A DNA stretch of 62,073 nucleotides, filler included, from Trichosphaerium sp. ATCC 40318 (lineage: Eukaryota; Protista; Tubulinea): NCBI GenBank assembly GCA_038496445.1. It is 3 parts of 3 records of this genome, joined end to end, with 100 filler letters (N's around TTAATTAATTAA, not from the genome) between each part and the next. Parts side by side here need not be neighbours in the genome. Positions count along the whole stretch, not along the records: positions 44,744 to 62,073 come from JALMLS010000607.1; 2 more parts are not named here. The stretch is one strand, 5' to 3'. The notes beneath the pieces were generated by a model. The model ran no database searches. It was not told the DNA's origin and worked only from the letters and a program-made list of their open reading frames with translations. A program made the translations under genes and the position numbers. Positions 48,562 through 59,905 of the stretch are shown here, one piece after another (within the stretch, counting starts at the first letter, position 1; each line of letters begins with the position of its first letter).

Positions 48562-49434
48562 ATGGCTCATGCTAATAAACGAAGCTTTATTCCAGTGAAT
48601 AATAATAAACCACTTGACCATATGCCACCAGAGACGTTAACACACATTCTACGTTATTTAGAAAGAAACGACCGTATTATAACATCCACGGTTTCTCACG
48701 TGTTTAATAACATCATTCGTTGTAATATTGGTTTTGATGAACTCACTTTAAAAGAACCATCAGATTGTAGTGTCCTAAAAGGCAGTCCACTACTAAAAAA
48801 CACCAAAATACTTTGCTGTTCATTGACACTTTCACCAAGCGAGTTGAGTTGCCTTTCTGGTGTTAAATCAATAGACCTACAATCAGCAGAAATTACAGAC
48901 TCAGGTATCCTGGCATTGGTGCAAGGAGGAGATACCATTCATACCATTGATTTGTCCAATACAGATATAACAGATGTTTCGTTAATCGCACTCAGAGGTG
49001 TACACACGATCAATCTTTTTCGATGCCACTATATTAACGTTGAAGGTATTAAGGCACTCAAAGATGTACACCGCCTTACAATCAGTCACCCAAAAGAGTC
49101 ATGGTTTAATCACCTTGGAGATGTTCACACTCTTGAAGTTTATTATGGATTATCAGTGACAGGTGAATGTCTCAAATCATTGTGCAATGTCAAGAGCTTA
49201 CTATTAAGTCAGTGCTCCAATATACAAGACTCAGATTTTAAGTATTTGTTCAATCTACAACATTTGGTTCTTCAACTTTGTTTTACACTTACGAATGATT
49301 GCTTGAAGCACTTAAAATGTCTTCAATTTATTGAAGTAGTGGCATGTGAATATATCACAGAAGACGCTATTCAGTCATTGGATACACCTTTAAAGAAACG
49401 ATATTCGGGTATACTCGAGTATAATTTGCAGTAA
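48562..49434 (+). CDS. F-box + LRR protein (intronless)
   Basis: LDHMPPETLTHILRYL...STVSHVFN (F-box), GSPLLKNT linker, LRRs such as IHTIDLSNTDITDVSLIAL. Confidence 0.85.
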   Translation: MAHANKRSFIPVNNNKPLDHMPPETLTHILRYLERNDRIITSTVSHVFNNIIRCNIGFDELTLKEPSDCSVLKGSPLLKNTKILCCSLTLSPSELSCLSGVKSIDLQSAEITDSGILALVQGGDTIHTIDLSNTDITDVSLIALRGVHTINLFRCHYINVEGIKALKDVHRLTISHPKESWFNHLGDVHTLEVYYGLSVTGECLKSLCNVKSLLLSQCSNIQDSDFKYLFNLQHLVLQLCFTLTNDCLKHLKCLQFIEVVACEYITEDAIQSLDTPLKKRYSGILEYNLQ

Positions 49435-49514
49435 ACTACTTTTTGTTAAGCCACATCAGTTTGTATAGTTTATTTGAGTCAAGCAACATTACCTTACATA
49501 CCAATAATATTGTC

Positions 49515-49654
49515 GACGGCAGTCAAGTTGTTAAAAATTAACAAAGTCAACGCTGCACTTTTCTTACTGAACAAAACGGCTTAACAGGAACATTATTGTG
49601 TAATTGCAAAGTCTGGTCAAAGTCAACAATAATAATGATAACTTGACTGCCGTC
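49515..49654. repeat. 15-bp perfect inverted repeat enclosing ~110 bp (MITE-like or hairpin)
   Basis: GACGGCAGTCAAGTT at 49515-49529 and AACTTGACTGCCGTC at 49640-49654; no clear TSD. Confidence 0.55.
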
Positions 49655-50689
49655 ATTGAGTAATATTACAATTGTCTATGCTCTCAAAAAGGTATAAAGC
49701 TTGCAGTTTCAGGCTTGTTGAATCATCGACTCGTTCCAATACACTATGGCTGTGTAGGGAACTGTGTTGTTAAACTTGAAGATTTGGTTGAGAACTATTC
49801 CAAAGTAGCTCCTTTGTTTGTTACTGAGCTGTCTGGCAATGAGGTTAAAACCTATGGCTTGGTGGCATTAGTTTTCGAAGGTAATTCTGTTAATCTTAAA
49901 TCATATGTGTTCAACGTTTTTGACATTGATTGAGGTTTTGTAGAATGGATGCAGCTATGGGTTGTGTGATTTGGGTTTGGGTGTTTGTGCGCCTTGTACA
50001 CTAAGGTTGGTGATTAAGCGATTGATTGGGTTAATAAAATTGAAAGCTGCCTCTGGTCCTCTCATGCCCAGGATGACCTTTATTGTATTGTTGACTAGTC
50101 ATATGCCTGTGAGAAATCTATGTAAATTGCGAAGATATCTTTGTTGTTTGCTTCCGCTTTTTCAATGATATGGATGAAAATGAGGCTACTGGTTTTCCAC
50201 TCTTCTGGGATGGTTTTGGACGCTCTACAATAGTTAAAGACTGTGAGCAGTTAAAACAAAGTTTCCACAAGATGGCTCTATACAGCCGAGCTCTTCGCCA
50301 CTTACCAAACTTTCGCATAAATTCCAATGCTAGTTTGTAATGAGTTTGAAAAAACGGCTGGATTCGCAACAAATTACCACGTGACAGTGCAAATGTGAGA
50401 TTTGCAAGTTCTGTCAGCAGTGCCAAATCAATCAGATTGTCTAAATAGACAACACAAAAACCCATTAATTTAACTCTGCATTATCAATCTAAACATTGAT
50501 CTAGAATTGACAAAAACTTGAAAAAGGTCACTTTAAGTTAACTTGAATGACAATAATCGATTGGGGACGATGAGTATTTAGTGTTAGGTTCAAACAGAAG
50601 ATATTTCTACTTCTTTGGTTGTTAAAGTATAAGGAAAAATGGCTTGTCTCAACTTAGGTACAAAGAAAGCAATAATCAGACCTACAGCA

Positions 50690-52988
50690 ATCTACCATAC
50701 AAATTTAGTTTGCAAAAAATAAATGAAAACAAGAAAAAAAGAAACGTCTTCACATACAAACACAAGAATGCCAAATGTGACACCTAATGCCAAACCAACA
50801 TTTACTGATGCTCCATTATCACAACTATCAGATCTTGATGTGATCACAATTACACTAGCAAAATTTAGATATCAATGCAAAGATAAAAAGCATACGATGA
50901 AAGAGTACGCTCAATTCTCGCCAATACACATTTTGGTGATACTAATGTAAAAGTACCATTGATGCAGTTGCTGTTACTTCGTATTACTTCTCTTCTTGTC
51001 TCGCCAACACTTGTGTTGTTATCACTTGTGAAGTCAATGATGAACGTTGTATTTGATGGTATTACAATACATCCTAAACATTAGATTAACCAATAAACGT
51101 GTGTTAAATAACTTGTGATACAAGGCATACCTTCAACTTGAAGAAAGCCTCCAGGAGTAATTGTTGCTATCTCTGAGTTTACAAAGTCACCATTTATTAT
51201 CAAACGACTAGACAACACTATTTCAGGTGGTAGAGTACCAACTGATGGTGCAGCTGTAGGTGATACAGTTGTCGATTCAAATGTTGGTGCAGTTGTAGGC
51301 AATATTGTGGTTGGTGGTATTGTTGGAGGAATGAAAGTTTTGCCTTCACAAGTAACTATTCAACACTGTAAGCGAGCAAATACAAATAATGTATACCATT
51401 AGCTTGACAATCTGCAAAATATGTGGTGATATCAGAGTAGCTGCACCCACATGTAAGATTTGTTGGTGCTGAAGGACAATCAAAAACGCCTCCAGTATCT
51501 ATTTCGTAAATTAGTACAATACAATTGCTTGTCCAGTACTATTGTTGAGGCTGTTTTCGAATGGTGTATTTCTAAACACGATATTTAGTATTCTTACTGT
51601 CGGAAATAACATATTAGCGTGTACCTGATTGTAATGTCCATAGAAGAGCCGATCAATGCAGGGGATGTTATAGGTATTGAATTATTTTTTCTAGAAGTTG
51701 AATCAGGTATTTACTATTAAATTTACGCAGAACGTTACATGCATGTAATATTCTCAAATACACAAGAATCTATCACTGCTGATCCACTGTTTGATAGACC
51801 ACTCAAGGCCAATGAGCCAACTAACCGGCAATTAACATGATACTTGGCTAGGCGTGCGTACCAGTACATCTGTCATTGATTGGTTTTTCTTCTTCCACAG
51901 TATTATCAATAAAAGTTGAGTTCAATATCTGTACATAAGTTGAATTTGCGTATAGTACTGAACTATAGTAATCAAAGTTTGCTATATACAAATGAGAATA
52001 TATAAGGACTAAGATCTGCATACCAAAACGGCTTGCAAGTACGTAATTGTCTTTGAACGAGCAAGAGTTGATTGTAACCTAAATAAATGCATGTGTAAAT
52101 ATTTAGCTTGTTATACAAGTCACAAATTACTCTATCAACAGCTCTGAATGTAGCAACAAATCCTATGCTTAAATAGTTACGATCAAACAAAATAAAGGTA
52201 TCAAATATTACCTCTCCCTGTCGTTCTATCGACATAAAGCCCTCCCCTAAAATTATGTTGAAAATGACAATTATTCACAGAAACTGTGTCGACTGTTTCA
52301 ATCCATAATCCCAAAGGATTGGCAAATCCTATCGCATCGAACAGTTCATGGAAAAGTGAATTGCGAACAGTAACATTTCGGCTATTTTTCTCATTAAAAT
52401 ATCGAAATAAATCACGTGTACCTGTCAAATATTTGAATAGTACTCTCTGAGCCTGTAACTACCATATTCCTACACACTTGTCAACTGATCAATAAAACTA
52501 GACTTGTAATGAATGTACTCTACGGAAACATTTGCGAAGCCGTTCAATATGATTTTACAATTAATTAACGTAAATCCTGATAGTGAGATACAAATGTTTT
52601 GAGTCCCGCTCACCATCTTCATTTGAAGTGCGCATGAAATATTTATGCCTTTATTTAACGCTAAATAATATGTTACAAGAACCTTTCAAAAGCGTCAACC
52701 ATACCATAAATGTCTATACTTTCGGAAAGTTCAACTTGAAACGCGCCGCTAGGAAAATTTAACCCAGTAGAATTGAGAATAAGCGTGGTTGGCCCTTCGT
52801 TCAAGTAGCACTCCATATCAGTGCCACAAACGTGATCACTTGAAGTTACGACTAAGACATAAAAAAATTAACAAACGTCATATCACAATCGCACTATCGC
52901 GCTGAATAATATTCGTACTTGTGTTACCGTGGGTAGGTGCAGCAAGAGCAAAAAACAAAAAGGCAGTACAGAAATAACGCAAAGTCAT
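50690..52988 (-). CDS. Type I membrane protein with parallel beta-helix-like repeats and a Thr/Pro-rich stalk
   Basis: Signal peptide MTLRYFCTAFLFFALAA; repeats VTVRNSLF, VSVNNCHFQHN, ILNSTFIDN, VIDSCVFEN; PTTAPT stalk; TM VGLALGVTFGILVFV; 3' end approximate. Confidence 0.6.
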
Positions 52989-53860
52989 TTACTATAGCAG
53001 GAATAAGCATTATTTGGCGTAATGAAGCGTTTTTTATAAGGTAATCTTCCTTTTTAAAACGCACGTGATGCTGTCCAAAACTATAATCAAAATAAAAAGG
53101 TGTGATATGTTTTTGTCAACCTCTCATTTGCTTTTAATTGCCCACAGAGGCTTTATCAATCATTTTGACTCAATATATTTAGCGGATAAATTAGCACTCT
53201 TTTGTGTACCAAAAAAGTATTTGATGGTGAACTGGTTGAAAATTACAGATTACAATAAAATGTGGGCTTTAATGGACAGTCTTCTTGAGCTTGCTCGTGA
53301 TGCGTCCGTATCGCCAACCGTATAAAAAGCTCCGTTTATATGGGAACAGAAGTTACATACTTGTTCAACAATTTTAGGCTGAAAAAGTACAAACTTGAAA
53401 CAATTGCAAAGCTCACGTGATATTCTAAAGACTCTTAAATATGCTTATCACTAATGATAACCTTTACAGCCAGCAACAATGAATAAATAACAAAGCGGGT
53501 CTGGTACAATAAAAACCCGTACGCACTAGTGCGCGTACATCTTTATTTGAGCTTCCTCATCTTTTTTATTGATTCATCCGGGTCCTCCCCTCCCAAATCT
53601 GGCTTACCACTGAGTTAAAAGGATGTTTGTAGATACAAGCCAAAACGAGGTACCCATTACTCCATTAAATTAACGTTCTTCCAATCCGGATGAATACACG
53701 AACGAATACGTTTTTTTCAAAATCTACAAAATTCGTGGATTTTTGACTAAAGTTCACAGCAGAATTGACCAAGAAAAATGATTTACGGACCGTTCAATTT
53801 TAGGTGGACGTTCAGAGAAATTTGTTATGTCATGTAGGTAATCACGCATTTAATATTGTA

Positions 53861-54360
53861 CTAAGATCTGTCGCACTCGCCCTTAAAGTTTCTGTACCAA
53901 TGACTTGATGCCTGTATGCACTCACAAACGTGAATTTTGGTGTAATCCAACAAAGCCGCGAGGTCATTATCTGTCACATGTGTATTGCAAAAGGTGGTAA
54001 ACCAATAACGCTTTGCCAGAAACCTAGTTTTTTTAATCACTAATATCCTAAACATTAGATTAACCAATAAACGTGTGTTAAATAACTTGGGCATACCTTC
54101 AACTTGAAGAAAGGCTTCATCGTATTTATAACATTCACAGTGTAAGAACTTAAGAGAGGATGTATTAAACAACAAGCCGTACAATAAAAGTTAAACCTCA
54201 ACGAGAATTGAAGAAAAAGGCTGACACAATAAAACGCTTAATTCTTACAATTCCAACATGTTCTTTCATATCCGGGTCAACGTCAAAATAAATATTCTTG
54301 ACAGTTTTAACTCGCCTAAAAACACTAAATGCAAACATAGCTGTCTGCTTTTCGTGAACA
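53861..54360 (-). pseudogene. Decayed F-box/LRR paralogue carrying a 69-bp insert copied from 51071-51147
   Basis: Residual LLCQPFSSIL, VIKKTRFL and NTHVTDNDLAAL segments resemble the local F-box-LRR family, with stops upstream; the insert is an almost exact duplicate. Confidence 0.45.
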
Positions 54361-54451
54361 TAATAACATTATGACTAATTTTGTTTTCATTTATTCTGTT
54401 TGTTTATACAAAGCAATAAAAAGTGTACTATGATAAGTCTAGACGGCACTC

Positions 54452-55660
54452 TTACTTCATGAAATCTGCCCTTACTACCTGTGCACCGGTTGCCTGGACA
54501 CCCTCTTTTGAAGTTGAGGAGCAACCATACAGGGTTATAGTGTGTACACCTGCCAATGCTTTAATGCCTTCGTCTGTTACATCACAGCGTTCCAAATCTA
54601 TAGTGTGTACACCAGCCAATGCTTTAATGCCTTCATCTGTTACCTTGGTAAGTCTTAAACCTATTTCATGTACACCAGCCAATGCTTTAATGCCTTCGTC
54701 TGTTACATCACAGCGTTCCAAATCTATAGTGTGTACACCTGCCAATGCTTTAATGCCTTCATCTGTTACCTTGGTAAGTCTTAAACCTATTTCATGTACA
54801 CCAGCCAATGCTTTGATGCCTTCGTCTGTTACGTTTGTCTCTGATAATCCAATGCCATAGACTCCAGCCAATGACTTAATGCCTTCATTTGTTATTGATT
54901 TACATCTATACAACTGGATAGTGTGGACACCTTTCAAGGCCTTCAAAGCTTTATCTGTTACCTTTGTATACGATAAATTAATTTTGTGTACACCAACCAA
55001 CGCCTTGATGCCCTCATGAGTTACATTGCAGCGACACAAATTGATAGTGTGTACGCCTGCCAATGCCTTCAATCCTTCATTAGTTACCTTGGTGTCTACT
55101 AACGCAATCGTGTGTACACCAACCAACGCCTTGATGCCTTCGTCTGTTATCGATAGACAACCATATAAATAGATAGAGTGTACACCTGCTAACGCCTTCA
55201 AACCTTCGTCTGTTACGTTTGTACTTGATAATCCAATGTCATGTACTCCAGCCAATGACTTAATGCCTTTATCTGTTATTGATTCACAAAAACCTAAATC
55301 TATAGTGTGTACACCTGCCAATGCTTTGATGCCTTCGTCTGTTATTGATTCACAACAGGAAAAATTGATTGTATGTACTCCCGCTAGTAACCTCAACTGA
55401 TTGTCGTTTACATCTCTATACCCATAGAACAGAATGGGTGTATTCTGCAATAAAGGACTGCCAGAAAGCATCGTCACCTCGGTAGTGCTTTTAACAATAA
55501 TTCGATCATATCCGACATGGTTATGGACAATATCCCGCAAGAAGCGGCAAGTTTGTGCGAAACGAAGTGTAAAAGTGCCTTGTTTGAGAATATGAACTAT
55601 TAGTTCAACGGGGAGCGCGACAAGGTCACTAATGTTCTGGCTAGTCTCTTCTTCACTCAT
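54452..55660 (-). CDS. F-box + ~14 LRR protein (intronless)
   Basis: DLVALPVELIVHILK...FAQTCRFLR (F-box), GSPLLQNT, 21-22 aa repeats GVHTIDLxxCxxITDEGIKALA. Confidence 0.92.
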   Translation of the reverse strand: MSEEETSQNISDLVALPVELIVHILKQGTFTLRFAQTCRFLRDIVHNHVGYDRIIVKSTTEVTMLSGSPLLQNTPILFYGYRDVNDNQLRLLAGVHTINFSCCESITDEGIKALAGVHTIDLGFCESITDKGIKSLAGVHDIGLSSTNVTDEGLKALAGVHSIYLYGCLSITDEGIKALVGVHTIALVDTKVTNEGLKALAGVHTINLCRCNVTHEGIKALVGVHKINLSYTKVTDKALKALKGVHTIQLYRCKSITNEGIKSLAGVYGIGLSETNVTDEGIKALAGVHEIGLRLTKVTDEGIKALAGVHTIDLERCDVTDEGIKALAGVHEIGLRLTKVTDEGIKALAGVHTIDLERCDVTDEGIKALAGVHTITLYGCSSTSKEGVQATGAQVVRADFMK

Positions 55661-57060
55661 TTTGCTAATATACGCTTGAACGTTTGTTATTATTATTGTT
55701 AGATGATCGGAATATTTTTACAGGACGTCACGTGACTAAATTCGTTTTTTCCTCAACTAGTAACGACAATAACGCTAACCACCCGAAATCAACATACAAA
55801 ATGAATTTTAGCATACAGGTACGCTACTGTTTTGAAAGCAGTACTGTTGTCCATCAAGTAAGGCTGTCACTAACAAAAAAAAGCGTTTTTCTGGCTCTGG
55901 TCAATTCTAGTTAGGCTAAATTAACCGCCCATTTACCCGCGCATAGTACGTTGTAATTTTACGTTGCTACTGCGCTTTTCAAGTCGAAAATTTTCTTTTT
56001 TGTGAATCTAACCGTTTCAAACCACGTGATTTAACCAGCCCATATGTAGATCATGCACGTGGGTAAACATAATAATCAACTAATATGATATCAAAACAAC
56101 TCAATTTTAACAAGTAATCTGCCTTCACAAGACGAAATATTTTGTGTTAAGGAAGGGTACTTTCGGGCTTTTAGTTTTATTTATTTTATTTACATTAGTT
56201 TGTATTTGTTTTTTGTTTCTACACATGATCGCTTCCCTTCATTGTTACTTGTTTAGAACGACGTATATAATAAAACCATATACAAGCACCGACAATCACA
56301 ATGAGAAATGTATAAAATAGCAAAGCGTAAGCATTTCCTAGCTCAACTGCAACAAAAGCTGTTTGTCCATCAATAAGTGCATTAGCGTCTGCCTCTACAG
56401 TTCAAATGTTAGACAACGTTGAACATTAGATTAAAACATGACGTACGTGTTCTAGCTACAAATGCGTCCACTGTTGAATTACTTACAGTTGGGACTTCAG
56501 GAAGACTGAAACTTGATGGTACAATATTATCAGTAAGATAGGTCCAACAGAGCTACAAAAATTAAGCATGGATTTTTATCAATAGGGTTAAGAAGTGTTT
56601 TAACATACCGTAGCTAAACACGCTTGATTGTTGGTTTTCAACCATCAATAGATTCAAATCAAATATTACAGCCATTTAGAGAGTTTAGAACTCTTGAAAA
56701 GTAGGTGATTGTGAAGAAAACACCAAACAACTTTTTTTGCAAACTTCACTGCAGCAAACTCCAAGAGTCTGAATAGGTATCGCCAGGAATAATATGAATT
56801 ATTTGAATAAATACTAAGGTTCTTTGTCGTGAATATGAATTTGCGTATATTCGTATGGAAGAACGTTACTTTAAATCACGTGATATTTTTCAAACTACGT
56901 TCCAGGAATACTCCATAATGTTACAGTTTCAACTAATGAAATGTGTACTTACTTGATCATAATCAGTGCATAGCACACGTACTGATCACGCGATTTACTA
57001 TTGTCCACTGTTGAGCACGTGTCTGGTCGCCCTTAAACAAACAAACACTATTTCAGCAAC

Positions 57061-58375
57061 ATGGCTTCAAATCATCAACAATCTGTTTGTAGTACGCAAT
57101 TGATTTACTTTAGCGTACAACTAATATTGTTTAATAGGGACTCTTGAAAACGGTCTCGCTGTAGTAGATATTTCTCCTTTCTTCTCTGGTTCTTCAGACA
57201 GAAAACAAGAAGTCGTAGATGCAGTTGAAAATGGTACCTTTAATAACTATTTTGAAAACTTAAACCTGCTCTTCTGACGCTGTATAGCGTTTACCAATAT
57301 CGGATGCCTTTATGTCACTGGTCATGGTATTGATCCAAGCATCATAGACAACATGTTTAACGAGTCTGAAAAGTTTTTCAGTAAACCTCTTGAGGAGAAA
57401 ACGAAGTTCATCAAAAAGAGCTTTTTTGGTCGCGGATATTCTCCTGTGGAAGGCGAAAACATTAATGCTGTATTTGTACGCATTTATCTAGTACCCGTTA
57501 CTAACGTTAGCTAACACGTGAAATCAGGGAAGACCTGGACTACCAAATGACCCACTTGAAAAATTTAGTGTTGGTCCGTTCACTTCGCCTCCAAAAGAGC
57601 TGGCTTCGCACCTGCTCTATGATAGCAATTTACCACCTACATCTCATGACCACGATATAGCCATAAGAGATTACTACTACTCTGTAAGGAACTTGTTGTT
57701 CAAGTTGTTGAGGTATCTTGTTAGAGTAGTATTCTTTTTGTTTTTCAAGAGCATGTGATGGCACAACTATTCTAATATGATGAAGGATTTCAGCAGCTGC
57801 ATTGAAAGTAGAGCCGAAAGATCTTCTTGAGCCTCATGTGGACGGAGGACATTTGCTGAAAGCGTACAAATACCCTAAAGTTAAGCCAAAAGGAAACCAA
57901 CTGAGAATGGCTGAGCACTTTGATTTTACTACTGTCACTATTCTAGCAATGAGTGATGTTAAAGAATCTTTAGAGGTCCAAAAAACGAACAACGAATGGG
58001 TACTAAATGAACAACCATTTGCATTTGTAATCTGACGAGACTCTACCTTTAGGTCTTCGCTGATCCTGTTCCTAACGCTTTGTTTGTAAACTTAGGCATG
58101 GTAATGGGTAGATGGACTAACGACAGATGGAGACCGACACCACATAGAGTAAGATGGGCTAAAGAGGAAGCTGTATGTCAAGATTCTAGCGGTCTTATAT
58201 ACTTACTTGTTTTATTAAGGAGCGTATGTCAATAGCTTTTTTTGGATCTCCTAGACCTGATCACGTGATGGCATGTATAACCGATACGGCAGAGGAAATA
58301 AAATATGAACCAATGGCATTTGAACAAGTCGTTGGAGATGCACTAGCCAAAATACATGAAAAACAAAGAAAATAA
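57061..58375 (+). CDS. 2-oxoglutarate/Fe(II)-dependent oxygenase (IPNS/DIOX_N family)
   Basis: LAVVDISPF, GCLYVTGHGI, RGYSP, HFD (HxD), VNLGMVMGRWTNDRWRPTPHRV, RMSIAFF. Confidence 0.92.
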
Positions 58376-58479
58376 AACTGTGTTGTTTGTTGTGCTACAG
58401 TTTTATGGACGTTTGATATAAAGGAAGTTTGGAAACTTAACGTAGAATGTTAATAAACTAGCATTCAATACTGAAGTTT

Positions 58480-58610
58480 GCAAGAAATAAGCCTATTTTA
58501 GAAGAAGGAAGACAAGTGACAACAAAAGAAGCATTTGAACTAGCAACAAAAAATGATAGTGCTGAAATACAAGCAACAGAAGGCGACAATGTGGACGTTT
58601 TTCGTCCGTT
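58480..58610 (+). pseudogene. Possible Ras/Rab small-GTPase C-terminal remnant
   Basis: NKPILEEGRQVTTKEAFELATK...ATEGDNVDVF resembles the NKxDL..RQV...EA and SAK.G.NV...F region; no intact G1-G3. Confidence 0.35.
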
Positions 58611-59524
58611 CAGACTACCTATAATTGTGTAAGTATATGGAGCATGGCTAGTACATGGCATTTTGTACAGCACAAGAGCGTATACGATATCAAACACGTC
58701 ACTTAAGTCAATATTACTGGTTTTGAGTTTTAAAACACATCAAAGAAAAAAAAAATCAGTAAATGTTTCTTCTAATTGAGGCATAAAAAATAATTGAAAC
58801 AAGCTAGCGAGTAGGATTTTGTTTTAACCCACATCATGTTGTAAAGTGCAATGATGTTTCTCCTTTAGATGCCTGCTATTTCATGCCGGTGATTAAAATT
58901 AGCTTTTCATTTAAAAGTGTGAGATTTTGTTGGTGTTGTACCATGGCTCCACATGCTTTTTAAAGTTCTGCATGCTCTCAACGGCTTTGAAATTAGTTTA
59001 TGTTTGATACGTAGGCAAGAAGGGCAGTTGAGTTTTAGGTCGGTAGTAGGAGTGGAGTACTATACAAAGGCTGTATACCTGAATGAAAGTTTGGAGCAAG
59101 ATGATGACACCAGTACCTTTTGGAACACTGAAGCTCATGCTGAATGTCAAAAACCGCTTGATACAAGCAAAGAAAGAAGCAGGCTTTCAGAATACGAAGC
59201 TGAGGATGGTGGTGACCTTGGAGAGTTGTGTGACCCTTCATATAAGCAAAAACAATTCTTATGCACAATAAAATTGGGTTTTTTTCACAATTGTAATGTT
59301 TGTTATGGCTTTAGTTCGATTTGGGAGTAGGCCTATAGTATTGTTTTTAGATACAAAAATAAGAAGAGAAAACAATAATTTAGAAGGTGTGAGTGATACA
59401 TTCACCAAAGATGTCATAGCTCACGTATATAACGCAAAGTAGATGAAATGTAAAATAAGCTAGCCAAACAAGAAATATAGTACTCTGTCTGAAAGTAAAC
59501 CAACCTTGTTCTGAGGGTTTTTTT

Positions 59525-59905
59525 TTATTTGTGGAAAGTGCTTACAAAAATCCGATCTAATGGAATTTTATCCATTATATGGAGGTTACGGATACTAGAG
59601 AGAGTTTTAAAGTCATCATCACTCATTGTAAAATTGCCTCGAATAAGTATTTTTGTATTTTTCAAAAGAGGACTTCCATTTAGTTTGAGTAGATTTTCTC
59701 TTGACTTGACAGTCACCTTTAAATACCCCAAATGCTCTAGAATGATCGTAGAGAAGAGTTTACAAACAAACGTTGCAGATATACGGCATTTCTTACCCAA
59801 CAACGCCAGGATACAAAATATAATTTCTGTTGGCAGATACACCAATTCTAATGGCCTACGCATATAGTCAGCACAATAAGCAGGGTTTATGTTTAATTGA
59901 GCCAT
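59525..59905 (-). CDS. Truncated F-box(-LRR) paralogue
   Basis: LVYLPTEIIFCILALL...TFVCKLFS (F-box), shared GSPLLKNT linker; stops after about one LRR beside an A-run. Confidence 0.7.
   Translation of the reverse strand: MAQLNINPAYCADYMRRPLELVYLPTEIIFCILALLGKKCRISATFVCKLFSTIILEHLGYLKVTVKSRENLLKLNGSPLLKNTKILIRGNFTMSDDDFKTLSSIRNLHIMDKIPLDRIFVSTFHK

Noticed and set aside
54423-54860. Repetitive + strand ORF (CTPANALMPSSVT)n and similar antisense ORFs (7480-7785, 13160-13417, 59529-59867)
   Set aside because: Antisense shadows of real genes on the opposite strand.
56220-56680. Short spliced minus-strand frame ending in a TM helix (YALLFYTFLIVIVGACIWFYYIRR)
   Set aside because: An in-frame stop lies just upstream and no start could be assigned; may be a gene fragment but is not supportable as a feature.
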